DNA of 64,000 nucleotides from Minisyncoccia bacterium (GCA_038244685.1 JBBRTD010000001.1:2339-66338); one strand, 5' to 3'; shown: positions 36,698-47,455, counted from the first letter of the stretch. The notes: generated from the sequence alone by a model not told the origin. Numbers and translations: made by a program.

Positions 36698-37315
36698 TTA
36701 ATTACTTGTCTTGTTTGTATTTGTTGAAGTTGGAGGGACACTAACTACTGGTTTCTTTTCTGTAATTTTCAAAATAGTGAAACCATTATTAAACTTTTTA
36801 AGAATTGTTGCGTCAAAATCAGTTTTATTTAAAATAACCTTATAGACTAAACTGTCATTTAATACAGTTGTCTCTACTAGAATTAAACCAACATCAGAAA
36901 TAATAATACCCTGTCCAAGCTCTTTTGTTTCCGAAGAAGGACTGACACTATTGGCGACACTTGTTTGATTTGTAATTACAGAAGAGCTATTTGTATCAGT
37001 TGGTAAAACTTTTGCATCACTTGCATATATAGACACAACAACATCTCCACCTCCTAGTATAGAACCTTGTTCTTTTACATTAGTGGGAGCTATATTATCC
37101 TTAGCTGGAGTTTCAACTGTTGTTACTTTTTCAATTGTCCTTTGAATAACATTATTGATAGTTTGTGGAACAGTCTTAGGCATTTGATTCATCAAAGACA
37201 CAGTCACAATACCTGTAGCAATAGAAACTACAAAAGTAATGAGTAAGGTAAGTAATATAAGCTGTTTTTTGTCTAATTCTTTAATATCCATGAGGCATAT
37301 TGTATCATATTTCAA
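36698..37315 (-). CDS. membrane-anchored Ser/Thr-rich extracytoplasmic protein, unknown function
   Basis: Single TM LILLTLLITFVVSIATGIVTVSL then low-complexity S/T/N/V region. Confidence 0.5.
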   Translation of the reverse strand: MKYDTICLMDIKELDKKQLILLTLLITFVVSIATGIVTVSLMNQMPKTVPQTINNVIQRTIEKVTTVETPAKDNIAPTNVKEQGSILGGGDVVVSIYASDAKVLPTDTNSSSVITNQTSVANSVSPSSETKELGQGIIISDVGLILVETTVLNDSLVYKVILNKTDFDATILKKFNNGFTILKITEKKPVVSVPPTSTNTNKTSN

Positions 37316-37318
37316 CCT

Positions 37319-38554
37319 CTATTTCCACTTTTTATATTTATCTAAAATTTTACTTAAAATAATAATAAATTTATCTAATTCTTTTTTATTAGTATATCTT
37401 CCTAATGTTATTCGAAGAGATCCCTCTTCTTCATTTAACTCACTGCCCGCAGATTCTTTTAATGCTTTTATAACATAAGAATCACTATCTTCTCCACTTT
37501 TACAAGCACTTCTGGAGGATACCTCTATTCCCTTTGCCCCAAGTTCTAAGACTAAGAGTTCGCTTGAAATACCAGAAATTGAAATATTTATATTATTCGG
37601 AAGCCTCTTCTTCTTGTCACCATTTAAAATAATTTCAAATGGTAATATTTTTATTGCTAATAATTTTTCAATAAAATAATCTCTAAGGGAGTTTAATCTT
37701 ATCGTTTCCTTGATTTTTATCTTATTTGTAATTTCTAAAGCAAGTGCCAAGCCAGCAATCAATGAAACACTTTCTGTTCCTGATCTTAATCCAGATTCTT
37801 GACCTCCTCCATTATATAAAGGAGAAAGAGGAACTGATCTTTTTTTATACAAAACACCAATACTTTTTGGTCCATATATTTTTGAACCGTTAAAAGAAAG
37901 CATATCAACACCTAACTTTTCAACATTTGAAGTATCTAGATAATTCATAGCCTGAGTTGCATCGGAATGGAAAAGAGGGAAAATAGTTAAACTCTGACCC
38001 TTATAATGCCTTATTGCTTTTGATATTTCTTGTATTGGCTGAATTGTCCCTATCTCGTTATTGGCATAAATAATTGAAACAATGATAGTATTACTCTTTA
38101 TGGCATCTTTGATATCTTTTGGGTTTACAATTCCATTCTCATCTACTTTTATATAAGTTACACAAGCCCTACCTTCTTCTTCTAAAGATCGACAATTCAT
38201 AAGGACAGCGGGATGTTCTATCGCTGTTGTAATAATATGTGGTATTTTATATTCTAATACTTTTTTACTAAATGAAATTTCGTAATTTCTAACTATTCCC
38301 AAAATTGCGAGTGCGTTACTCTCTGTACTACTTCCCGTAAATATTATCTCATCACTATGAGCATTTATTCCTTTCGCGATCATTTCTCTAGATTTTTCGA
38401 TAATGTCCCTAACTTTTACCCCACTACCATGAATAGAGGTCGGGTTTGCATAAAAGTTCTTTTCATATTTAGACATCAATTCGAGCACCTTTTTATCAAT
38501 AGGTGTCGCACTCGCATAATCAAGATATATTTTAGGATAAGTTCTTATTTTCAT
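37319..38554 (-). CDS. cysteine desulfurase (class V aminotransferase, IscS/NifS-like)
   Basis: YLDYASATP, TGSSTESNA, HSDATQA, PLP-Lys region SFNGSKIYGPKSIGVLY. Confidence 0.85.
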   Translation of the reverse strand: MKIRTYPKIYLDYASATPIDKKVLELMSKYEKNFYANPTSIHGSGVKVRDIIEKSREMIAKGINAHSDEIIFTGSSTESNALAILGIVRNYEISFSKKVLEYKIPHIITTAIEHPAVLMNCRSLEEEGRACVTYIKVDENGIVNPKDIKDAIKSNTIIVSIIYANNEIGTIQPIQEISKAIRHYKGQSLTIFPLFHSDATQAMNYLDTSNVEKLGVDMLSFNGSKIYGPKSIGVLYKKRSVPLSPLYNGGGQESGLRSGTESVSLIAGLALALEITNKIKIKETIRLNSLRDYFIEKLLAIKILPFEIILNGDKKKRLPNNINISISGISSELLVLELGAKGIEVSSRSACKSGEDSDSYVIKALKESAGSELNEEEGSLRITLGRYTNKKELDKFIIILSKILDKYKKWK

Positions 38555-38621
38555 AATATTTAATATTATAACTATAACATAGTTGTAAAAAAAGCCTTAC
38601 TAGTATATACTCTTTTAAGTT

Positions 38622-39065
38622 ATGAGTATTTCTATCTTAGTTTATATACAATCTGGTGTTATCGTAATCCTTTTGTTATGGATTGGGTTAACGGAGTATA
38701 GATTTAAAAAATTTTTCGCTGGAACAAAAGCTCGTAATCTAGAAGGAGTAATGATAGAACTAGGAGAGCAAATGACTGATATTAAAGACATCCAAGGAAA
38801 AATTAATAAACACTTGGTAATAGTAGACACGCGTCTCAATAAATCAATTCGTAGTGTCGAGACAGTTCGCTTCAATCCTTTCTTAGACGCAGGCAGCAAT
38901 CAAAGTTTTGCTATATCTTTTATGAACGATGAGGGCAATGGAGTAGTAATGTCTAGTTTATATGCTCGTGACCGTATGAGTATATTTGCAAAACCAATAA
39001 TAGACGGCAAATCAGAGTTTGAGTTATCAACTGAAGAAAAAGATGTTTTAGAAAAATCAAAATAA
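38622..39065 (+). CDS. small membrane-anchored protein (DUF4446-like, tentative)
   Basis: N-terminal TM then soluble ~120 aa; immediately upstream of infB. Confidence 0.45.
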   Translation: MSISILVYIQSGVIVILLLWIGLTEYRFKKFFAGTKARNLEGVMIELGEQMTDIKDIQGKINKHLVIVDTRLNKSIRSVETVRFNPFLDAGSNQSFAISFMNDEGNGVVMSSLYARDRMSIFAKPIIDGKSEFELSTEEKDVLEKSK

Positions 39066-39066
39066 A

Positions 39067-40590
39067 ATGAATAAAGACCCATTACAACAAAATAATGAAA
39101 TAAATAAAAAGGTACGACCGCCTGTAGTTGTTGTTATGGGACATGTTGACCATGGTAAATCTACTCTTCTTGATTATATCCGTAAATCAAATGTCGTTGA
39201 AGGAGAAGCCGGTGGCATTACGCAAAGCATTAGTGCTTATGAAGTAAGCAATAAAGGTGAATCAGGAGAAAACAGACTTATAACCTTCCTAGATACTCCT
39301 GGACATGAAGCTTTTTCTAAGATGCGTGCTCGAGGAGCTGAAGCGGCCGACATTGCTATTCTTGTTGTATCAGCAGAAGATTCAGTTAAGGCTCAAACAA
39401 TAGAAGCTTACAATACAATCATCGAAAGCAAAATTCCTTACATCGTCGCAATAAACAAAATAGACAGACCAAATGCAAATATTGAAAAAACAAAAATGGA
39501 CCTTGTGGAAAAAGGTATTTATCTTGAAGGTATGGGAGGAGATATACCATTCGTTGCCATTTCAGCAAAAGTAGGAACTGGAGTTGCAGAGCTTCTAGAT
39601 ATGATTATTCTTGTTTCTGATATGCAATCATTTACTGGAAACAAAGAACTAAATGCATCTGGAATAATAATTGAAGCCAATCGTGAACCAAGACGTGGAA
39701 TTTCTGCTTCTTGTATCATTAAAAATGGAACACTTAAATCTGGAATGTTCGTTGTGGCAGGAAGTGCTTTAGTTACAACTCGCATAATGGAAAACTTTTT
39801 AGGAAAACCAATAAAAGAAGCAACCTTCTCATCCCCTATTCTTCTTGTTGGATTTGAATCTATGCCATTAGTTGGAAGCACTTTTGAATCTTTCACTACC
39901 AAAAAAGAAGCTGAAATTTTCATGAATATTGCAAAAGATGAAGCTTTCGATAGTAAAATCCAAAAGAAAAATATTCCTCAAATTGGTAAAATAATTCCGA
40001 TAATAATTAAAACCGATGTTGTTGGCTCAATGGAGGCACTCGAAAAAGAAATCAGTAAATTAAATAATGAAGAAATATCTTATAAAATTATCAGCTTTGG
40101 AGTAGGAGCTATTAATGAATCTGATCTTAAAATGGCAAATGCCAATAAGGAAACTATAGTTGTTGGATTTAATACAAAACTAGACAATGGAGCAAAAGAC
40201 TTAAATGAAACACTTAAGGTCAATGTTGAAGTATTCGATATCATCTACAAATTAACAGACTGGCTTAAAATATTAATTGAGGAAAGAAAACCAAAAATTG
40301 AAACAGTAGAAGTAACAGGATCACTTAAAATCTTAAAAACTTTTGGAGCCACAAAAGACAGACAAGTCGTTGGTGGTAAGGTTATACAAGGACGAATCGT
40401 AAATGGTGGATTGGTCAGAATAATGCGCCGTGAATTTGAAATCGGTAAAGGAAAAATAATTGAACTTCAGCATAATAAAATAAAAGCAAAAGAAGTATTA
40501 GAAGAGAGTGAATGTGGAGTTCAAGTAGAAACTAAGACTGGTATTTCACCCGGAGATGTATTAGAAGCTTTCATTATAACAATAAAATAA
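39067..40590 (+). CDS. infB: translation initiation factor IF-2 (G-domain onward; N-terminal domains absent)
   Basis: RPPVVVVMGHVDHGKSTLLD, DTPGHEAF, NKID G-motifs. Confidence 0.9.
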   Translation: MNKDPLQQNNEINKKVRPPVVVVMGHVDHGKSTLLDYIRKSNVVEGEAGGITQSISAYEVSNKGESGENRLITFLDTPGHEAFSKMRARGAEAADIAILVVSAEDSVKAQTIEAYNTIIESKIPYIVAINKIDRPNANIEKTKMDLVEKGIYLEGMGGDIPFVAISAKVGTGVAELLDMIILVSDMQSFTGNKELNASGIIIEANREPRRGISASCIIKNGTLKSGMFVVAGSALVTTRIMENFLGKPIKEATFSSPILLVGFESMPLVGSTFESFTTKKEAEIFMNIAKDEAFDSKIQKKNIPQIGKIIPIIIKTDVVGSMEALEKEISKLNNEEISYKIISFGVGAINESDLKMANANKETIVVGFNTKLDNGAKDLNETLKVNVEVFDIIYKLTDWLKILIEERKPKIETVEVTGSLKILKTFGATKDRQVVGGKVIQGRIVNGGLVRIMRREFEIGKGKIIELQHNKIKAKEVLEESECGVQVETKTGISPGDVLEAFIITIK

Positions 40591-40591
40591 A

Positions 40592-40918
40592 ATGTCTGAA
40601 TATAGATCTGAAAAAATAACAAACCATATAAAAGAGCTTGCAGCTACTTTTATTGAAAGAGAAGCTGGCCCTACTTCTATGATTACTGTCACTAGAGTTG
40701 TTCTTTCTCCTGATAATAAGCGTGCCAAAATTATGATTAGTGTTTTACCTCGTGAAAAAGAAAAAGCGGCTTATGGATTTATAAGAAGAAATCTAGGTGA
40801 CTTACGTAAGCATGTTAAAAAAGGATTGAAAATAAATCCTATTCCCTATTTGGAAGTTGAGATAGATGAAGGGGAAAAAAATAGACAAAGAATTGACGAA
40901 TTACTAATCCAAGGTTAG
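40592..40918 (+). CDS. rbfA: ribosome-binding factor A
   Basis: KH-like RbfA fold; conserved infB-rbfA adjacency. Confidence 0.85.
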   Translation: MSEYRSEKITNHIKELAATFIEREAGPTSMITVTRVVLSPDNKRAKIMISVLPREKEKAAYGFIRRNLGDLRKHVKKGLKINPIPYLEVEIDEGEKNRQRIDELLIQG

Positions 40919-40940
40919 TATTGATAAACAGAATAAAAAA

Positions 40941-41012
40941 GGCCTGGTAGCCAAGTGGTAAGGCAGAGATCTGCAAAATCTCTATACAGCGGTTCAATTC
41001 CGCTCCAGGCCT
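40941..41012 (+). tRNA. tRNA-Cys (anticodon GCA)
   Basis: GGCCTGG...CCAGGCC acceptor with U73 discriminator, anticodon loop CTGCAAA, T-loop GGTTCAATTCC. Confidence 0.9.
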
Positions 41013-41058
41013 CAAAAAAAGTAGCAATTTATATAAATCTTTGCTAGTATAACTTCAT

Positions 41059-41143
41059 GCCCAGGTGGCGGAATTGGTATACGCGCTAGTCTTAGGAACT
41101 AGTGGAGTAATCCTTGGAGGTTCAAGTCCTCTCCTGGGCACCA
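41059..41143 (+). tRNA. tRNA-Leu (anticodon TAG), class II, CCA encoded
   Basis: GCCCAGG...CCTGGGC-A-CCA, anticodon stem-loop CTAGT-CTTAGGA-ACTAG, long variable arm. Confidence 0.9.
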
Positions 41144-41145
41144 TA

Positions 41146-41182
41146 AGAAAAATCCCAAGCGAAAGCTTTGGGATTTTTCTTA
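41146..41182 (+). terminator. intrinsic terminator after the tRNA pair
   Basis: aatcccaagc-gaaa-gctttgggatt + T-run. Confidence 0.7.
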
Positions 41183-41209
41183 TGGTGCACTTCATGCTAA
41201 ACTAATTCC

Positions 41210-42079
41210 ATGTCTCACGAAGAAACAGCGCTTAAAACAACGTATTTTAGTATTATAAGTAATACTCTACTTGCCACAATTAAATGGACCGCTGGATACT
41301 TCGGTAACTCATATGCTCTTATAGCAGACGCAATAGAATCTACCACCGATATCTTTTCATCAGCCTTAGTTTTATTTGGTATTAAATATTCAAGCAAACC
41401 AGCAGACAAGAATCATCCATACGGGCACGGAAGAATTGAACCGTTGGTTACTTTTGCTGTCGTTGGTTTTTTGGTTATCTCTGCTTCTATTATTGCAAGA
41501 CAAGCGATTATAAATATTCAAACGCCTCATGAATTGCCGCGTGCTTATACTCTCATAATATTAGCTCTTATAATTACCTGGAAGGAAATTTCATATAGGT
41601 TAGTTTTAAAAAAAAGTAAAGAAACAAAAAGTAGTTCTCTTAAAGCAGACGCCTGGCACCATCGAAGTGATGCCATAACTTCAGTGGCAGCATTTATTGG
41701 AATATTAATTGCTTTAATTCTTGGTAAAGGTTTTGAATCAGCCGATGACTGGGCAGCCTTATTTGCGGCTATGTTCATTCTTTATAATTGTTATCTTATT
41801 TTTAGACCAGCGCTAGGCGAAGTCATGGATGAAAATACGCACGATGATGTTGTGCTTAAAGTTAGAGAAATATCAAAAAAAGTAATTGGTGTGATAGAAA
41901 CAGAAAAATGCTTAATAAGAAAAACTGGAATGAAATACCACGTGGATTTACATGTGATTGTTGAATCAACTATTACTGTTAAAGAGGGACACAGTATCTC
42001 TCATAAATTAAAAGACATCCTAAAAGCAGAAATGCCTGAAGTTTCAAATATTTTGATTCACGTTGAACCAAATCTCTAG
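41210..42079 (+). CDS. cation diffusion facilitator (CDF) family transporter
   Basis: 6 TM + C-terminal cytoplasmic domain; HGHGRIEP and DAWHHRSDA metal-site motifs. Confidence 0.85.
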   Translation: MSHEETALKTTYFSIISNTLLATIKWTAGYFGNSYALIADAIESTTDIFSSALVLFGIKYSSKPADKNHPYGHGRIEPLVTFAVVGFLVISASIIARQAIINIQTPHELPRAYTLIILALIITWKEISYRLVLKKSKETKSSSLKADAWHHRSDAITSVAAFIGILIALILGKGFESADDWAALFAAMFILYNCYLIFRPALGEVMDENTHDDVVLKVREISKKVIGVIETEKCLIRKTGMKYHVDLHVIVESTITVKEGHSISHKLKDILKAEMPEVSNILIHVEPNL

Positions 42080-42091
42080 AATACCTTTTAT

Positions 42092-42361
42092 TTGCAATAT
42101 TTACATAAATATAGTAGTATAAAAAATATGACGATTATTGCTAATATATTGCCTTATATACAAATTATACTATCTATTATCCTAATTGCAGCAATTTTGC
42201 TACAGCAATCTGATGCAGGTGTAGGCGGAGTACTAGGAGGAGGAGACGCTGGTGGTCTTTACCATACACGTCGTGGTTTCGAAAAGTTCCTTTTTGTAAT
42301 GACTATAGTTGTTGCTATTCTTTTGACTCTCTCATCTCTTATCGCAATATTCGTTAAGTAG
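42092..42361 (+). CDS. secG: preprotein translocase subunit SecG (true start possibly at 42128)
   Basis: Two TM helices with LLQQSDAGVGGVLGGG glycine loop. Confidence 0.7.
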   Translation: MQYLHKYSSIKNMTIIANILPYIQIILSIILIAAILLQQSDAGVGGVLGGGDAGGLYHTRRGFEKFLFVMTIVVAILLTLSSLIAIFVK

Positions 42362-42403
42362 TTTTTAACTACTATATTAACCAATAAAGATTAATTTCAC
42401 TCT

Positions 42404-44218
42404 TTGAGTGTATCTATGCATAAATTTCTCTCATTTATAAAAGAATTTCGTATCCCCAAAAAACAAGAACTTGTAACAGCATTAACATCATTTTCTAAAA
42501 AAGAATTCTACATTTTCACAACTATTGTAATAGTCGCCTTTTGTGGAATGATAATTATTCTAAATAATTTAAACAATAAATTTTTAGTTGATGTTCCAGT
42601 TAAGGGTGGTTCAATAACTGAAGGAATAATAGGAATGCCAACATTAGTAAACCCAGTTCTGGCTGTTTCAGATGCAGATAAAGATTTAGTATCACTTATC
42701 TATAGTGGATTAGTTCGAAGACAGTCAGATGGTGCTTATATACCAGACCTAGCTGAGTCTTACACTATTTCTCCTGATGGTCTAAATTATACTTTTATTA
42801 TAAAAGATGATGCAAAATTCCATGATGGAAAAAAAGTAACATCAGATGATATTGTTTTTACTATTAATAAGATAAAAGATGTTGCAATAAAAAGCCCAAA
42901 AAGAATCGGCTGGGATGGTATTAATGTAGAGAAAATTGATGACAAGACTGTTGTATTTAAGCTAAAGCAACCATATATATCTTTTCTGGATAATATGACT
43001 ATCGGTATCTTGCCTTTGCATATATGGAAAAATATAAATGATTCCCTTTTTAGTATTTCCCCTTTTAATACCAAGGCAATTGGATCAGGCCCATATAAAG
43101 TCAAATCAGTTTCAAAAAACAAAGATGGAATTCCTGAAGAATATGTTCTAAGAAATTTTTCAGATTTTACTCTTGGAGTTCCAAATATTAAAAATATTAC
43201 AATAAAATCGTTTTCAAACGAAAAAGATTTAGTTCAAGCACTTCTTGATGGAAATATAAATCAAGCAAGTGGTATAAGTCCTAAAAATGCAGAAATAATT
43301 AAAAAAGATTCTGTAATTCATACAGCATCTACACCAAGAATATTTGGATTATTTTATAATAGTGCAAATAATAAAATATTTGCTGATTCAAACGTAGTAA
43401 ACGCTTTTAATTATGCTTTGAACAGACAAGGAATCGTCGACCAAGTACTTTATGGGTACGGAACACCAGTAAACAGTCCAATTCCAGAAACTATTTTAAA
43501 AAATGATACAAACAACACAAGTACAAATGATGAACTTGTAATTAAGGCCAATGAATTGTTGGACAAAAACGGTTGGGTGTTGGGAGATGATGGAGTTAGA
43601 ACAAAAGGTGGTACAACTACTGTAACCAAAACAAAGAAAGTAGGAAAAAAGACAGTTACTGAAAAAGTTAAAGTTAATAATGGCCCGATTGTTCGACTTG
43701 AATTTTCACTAACAACAGGAGACACCCAAGAACTTAGACTTGCAACTGAAATAATTAAAACTGAATTAGAAAAAATAGGAGCAAAAGTTGATATTCAAAA
43801 GGTATATGAAATGGGACCATTGAATCAAGTCATACGAAACCGTGAATATGAGGCATTGTTTTTTGGTCAAATAATAAATCATGAATCTGATCTATTTTCT
43901 TTTTGGCATTCTTCACAAAGAAAAGATCCTGGTTTGAATATATCTATGTACAGTAATGTAAAAGTAGATAAAATCTTAGAAGATGCCCAAAAAATAGTCG
44001 ATTCCGAAGAAAGAAATATAAAATATAAGAGTTTTGCCGAAGAATTTAATAAAGACCTTCCCGCTTTGTTAATATATTCACCAAAGTATTTATATGCTAC
44101 ATCTCTTGAATTAAATAATATAAATCTTAATACATTAATAAACCCTTCTGACAGATTTTCGTCTGTATACACATGGTATGCAAACAAAGATCATGTCTGG
44201 AAAATCTTTACTAAATAA
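42404..44218 (+). CDS. membrane-anchored ABC-type substrate-binding protein (family 5, peptide/nickel type), orphan
   Basis: N-terminal TM; SBP_bac_5-like core (AESYTISPDGLNYTFIIKDDAKFHDGKKVTSDDIVFT). Confidence 0.75.
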   Translation: MSVSMHKFLSFIKEFRIPKKQELVTALTSFSKKEFYIFTTIVIVAFCGMIIILNNLNNKFLVDVPVKGGSITEGIIGMPTLVNPVLAVSDADKDLVSLIYSGLVRRQSDGAYIPDLAESYTISPDGLNYTFIIKDDAKFHDGKKVTSDDIVFTINKIKDVAIKSPKRIGWDGINVEKIDDKTVVFKLKQPYISFLDNMTIGILPLHIWKNINDSLFSISPFNTKAIGSGPYKVKSVSKNKDGIPEEYVLRNFSDFTLGVPNIKNITIKSFSNEKDLVQALLDGNINQASGISPKNAEIIKKDSVIHTASTPRIFGLFYNSANNKIFADSNVVNAFNYALNRQGIVDQVLYGYGTPVNSPIPETILKNDTNNTSTNDELVIKANELLDKNGWVLGDDGVRTKGGTTTVTKTKKVGKKTVTEKVKVNNGPIVRLEFSLTTGDTQELRLATEIIKTELEKIGAKVDIQKVYEMGPLNQVIRNREYEALFFGQIINHESDLFSFWHSSQRKDPGLNISMYSNVKVDKILEDAQKIVDSEERNIKYKSFAEEFNKDLPALLIYSPKYLYATSLELNNINLNTLINPSDRFSSVYTWYANKDHVWKIFTK

Positions 44219-44250
44219 CAATAATCCGCACAAAGCGAAAAATTAAAAAT

Positions 44251-46242
44251 ATGAATGAAAAACCCAAAACACAGCAGAGTCCAAGTCCGGCAAACAGAAA
44301 TAACAATTTCCAATTCCGAAAAACAAACAATATTAGAGTAATACACAAACAAACAGTACCAACTAAAACAGGGACTGTTACTAAAACAACTGAGCCAAAC
44401 CAAATAAGACAAGTGGATCCAAATCTTAACAAAATGAGTCGTGGTAGCTATCAGTATGGAAGTTCAAAAGGAGGAAGAAGACCTCACATTAAAGCCCCCG
44501 TACCTCCAAAAGAAAATACGACAATTGTAAGAAAAAATAAAACAAATCTTATTCCCCCACCCGAACAAGGTGTCATTAGAATTATTCCATTAGGAGGAGT
44601 AGAAGAGATAGGAAAAAACATGACTGCTATTGAAATCGGTAACGATATTATTGTTATTGATGCTGGTATGCAATTTAAGACAGAAGATACTCCTGGAATC
44701 GATTACATAATACCTAATACGACCTATCTAGAAGAACGTAAAGACAAAATAAGAGCTATGTTCGTAACGCATGGACACTTAGACCATATCGGAGGTATTC
44801 CTCTTGTTATGAACCGTATAGGTAATCCTCCTCTATACTCAAGAAACCTTACTGTTCTTATGATAAAGAAAAGACAAGAAGAATTTCCTCATCTTCCAGC
44901 TCTTAAAACAAATGTAGTTGAAAAGGACTCCGTTATTTATGCGGGAGATATTCGAGTACGATTCTTTGGTGTTACTCACACAGTACCTGATTCAATGGGA
45001 ATAGTCATAGAAACTCCTTATGGTTCTATTGTTACACCTGGTGACTACAAATTAGACCAAGTAGATGGTGTAGTTAGCGATGAAGAAGAAAAAGAATACG
45101 CCTTTTTTGACAAAGAAAAAGTTCTTCTACTTTTAACAGACTCAACTAATATTGAGAATGAAGGATTTGCTTTGCCTGAAATAAAAGTTCATGAAGGGTT
45201 AGATAAACTTATAAAACAAGGCACTGGAAGAATAATTATTGCTGCTTTTGCTTCTCACATAACTCGCTTAGTTAAGATTGTAGAAATAGCTGAATCATTA
45301 GGTAAGAAAATAATTCTGGATGGAAGATCTCTAAAAACAAATATGGAAGTCTGCGAACAATCCGGATTATTCAAACCCAAAAAAGGAACCATCATTTCTC
45401 TTGAAGAAATAGACCAATACCCTCCTAATAAAATTATAATTCTAATGACAGGGGCTCAAGGAGAAGAATTTGCAGCTCTTAATCGTGCCGCAAATAAAAC
45501 TCACAAGAAATTCGCAATCAAACCGGGAGATACTATTATCTTATCTGCCTCTATTGTTCCTGGAAATGAAATAGCTGTTCAACATCTTAAGGACAACTTA
45601 ACACGTCAGGGAGTAAAAATAATAAGTTACCGAACTAGTGAAGAATATATTCATGCAACAGGTCACGGAAACCAAGAAGATATCAAATGGTTACACAGAA
45701 AGACTCATCCTAAATTCTTTATTCCAATTCATGGATGGCATTCAATGCTTGTAAAACATAAAGAAATAGCCATGTCTATCGGCATGTCTATGGAAAATAT
45801 TGTTGTACCTGACAATGGTTCAATTATTGAAATAATAGATAATGGATCAAAAATAGTTCTTCGTAAAGAGAAAGCCCCTTCCGGTGCAATGATGGTAGAT
45901 GGCTTCTCTATTGGAGATGAACAAGATGTTGTTATTAGAGACAGAGTCATGCTTGCCCAAGACGGAATGTTCGTCTTAATTGCAACCATTGACGGAACGT
46001 CCGGCAAGCTACGTAAATCTCCAGATATTATCTCTCGTGGTTTTATTTATTTGAAAGAAAACCAAGAGTTACTTCACCAAGTTAGAATCATCATCAAAAA
46101 AACAATTGAGGACGGAACAGCTGGAATGAATCCTATTAATTTCGACAATATAAAAACGAACTTAGGAGATAATATTTCTAAGTTCCTATTCCAAAAAACA
46201 GCGAAAAGACCACTTGTTATACCAGTATTATTAAGTATATAA
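44251..46242 (+). CDS. ribonuclease J with ~110-aa basic low-complexity N-terminal extension
   Basis: Metallo-beta-lactamase HGHLDHIGG, beta-CASP and C-terminal domain; N-term rich in K/T/N/P/R. Confidence 0.9.
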   Translation: MNEKPKTQQSPSPANRNNNFQFRKTNNIRVIHKQTVPTKTGTVTKTTEPNQIRQVDPNLNKMSRGSYQYGSSKGGRRPHIKAPVPPKENTTIVRKNKTNLIPPPEQGVIRIIPLGGVEEIGKNMTAIEIGNDIIVIDAGMQFKTEDTPGIDYIIPNTTYLEERKDKIRAMFVTHGHLDHIGGIPLVMNRIGNPPLYSRNLTVLMIKKRQEEFPHLPALKTNVVEKDSVIYAGDIRVRFFGVTHTVPDSMGIVIETPYGSIVTPGDYKLDQVDGVVSDEEEKEYAFFDKEKVLLLLTDSTNIENEGFALPEIKVHEGLDKLIKQGTGRIIIAAFASHITRLVKIVEIAESLGKKIILDGRSLKTNMEVCEQSGLFKPKKGTIISLEEIDQYPPNKIIILMTGAQGEEFAALNRAANKTHKKFAIKPGDTIILSASIVPGNEIAVQHLKDNLTRQGVKIISYRTSEEYIHATGHGNQEDIKWLHRKTHPKFFIPIHGWHSMLVKHKEIAMSIGMSMENIVVPDNGSIIEIIDNGSKIVLRKEKAPSGAMMVDGFSIGDEQDVVIRDRVMLAQDGMFVLIATIDGTSGKLRKSPDIISRGFIYLKENQELLHQVRIIIKKTIEDGTAGMNPINFDNIKTNLGDNISKFLFQKTAKRPLVIPVLLSI

Positions 46243-46273
46243 ATTATATTTTTGTATAATTAAGTTTAATTAA

Positions 46274-47455
46274 ATGAAGACTAAAATAAACCGAATGTAT
46301 GTTCTATCATTCTTATTTACCTTACACATAGCACTTTCTGCTTATGTTAATTCAACATTCTTAACTGGAATAATTTCTGAAAAATACGTAGGAATACTCT
46401 ATACGATTGCTTCTGTTCTAGCTCTCTTACTGCTATCAAAAAGTTCGACCATTCTAAAATATTTTGGTAATCGTAAGCTTATACTTTGGTTGCTATTAAT
46501 AAACATGATATCTCTTGTTGGAATGATAACGTCCAGTAATTCATACATCATAGGAACTTCTTTCGTAGCCTTCATATCAACAAATAGTTTAATCCTTTTG
46601 TGTTTAGATATTTTTATTGAACATTTTCAGAATAAAGAGACTGTTGGTAGAAACAGAGGAATATATCTAACAATAATAAATATTGCTTGGATGGTTTCCC
46701 CTCTTGTTACATCATTCTTTATGACACAAGAAGGTGGTTATAAATCTATTTATATTTTAGCCTTTCTGTCTGTTGTTTTAATGACAGTTGGATTAATTTT
46801 TTCAGTTAGAAGTTTTGAAGACAGTGTTTATAAAAAAACTCCATTCTTAGAAGCCTTTCGATTTCTTAAAACAAATCATCATATAATGGCGATTACAACT
46901 ATTAACTTTCTTCTACAGTTCTTCTACACATGGATGGTGGTTTATACTCCAATATATCTTTTCAAACACATTGGACTTGGTTGGGAACAGATCGGTATAA
47001 TCTTTACTATTATGCTCGCTCCATTTGTCTTATTTAGTCTTCCAGTTGGAATACTGATTGATAAATATCACATTAAAAGAAGAACATTGCTATATATCGG
47101 ATTTATAATTATAAGTATTTCTACTTTATGTATCCCTTTTATGGCGACAAAAAATATATACATCTGGGCTATCGTTTTATTCCTAACAAGAACTGGAGCA
47201 AGTATCATAGAAACGACTTCAGAGATATATTTCTTTACTCATGTTGGCGAAGAAGATGCATATTTACTAGGAATTTATCGAGATATGGCACCGGTTGCTT
47301 TTATTATCGCTCCATTGCTTGCTACAATTGTCTTTCTGTATTTACCATTTAAATATCTTTTCGTTATATTAGGTATAATATTATTAACAGGGTTATATTA
47401 TATCCCTAAATTAAAACAGAATAACACATATGGAATATCCAATCAGAATAAATAA
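46274..47455 (+). CDS. MFS-type transporter
   Basis: 12 predicted TM helices in 6+6 arrangement. Confidence 0.65.
   Translation: MKTKINRMYVLSFLFTLHIALSAYVNSTFLTGIISEKYVGILYTIASVLALLLLSKSSTILKYFGNRKLILWLLLINMISLVGMITSSNSYIIGTSFVAFISTNSLILLCLDIFIEHFQNKETVGRNRGIYLTIINIAWMVSPLVTSFFMTQEGGYKSIYILAFLSVVLMTVGLIFSVRSFEDSVYKKTPFLEAFRFLKTNHHIMAITTINFLLQFFYTWMVVYTPIYLFKHIGLGWEQIGIIFTIMLAPFVLFSLPVGILIDKYHIKRRTLLYIGFIIISISTLCIPFMATKNIYIWAIVLFLTRTGASIIETTSEIYFFTHVGEEDAYLLGIYRDMAPVAFIIAPLLATIVFLYLPFKYLFVILGIILLTGLYYIPKLKQNNTYGISNQNK

Noticed and set aside
44191-44432. Two 73-aa minus-strand ORFs over the RNase J 5' region
   Set aside because: Cys/Phe-rich junk translations antisense to the RNase J N-terminal extension
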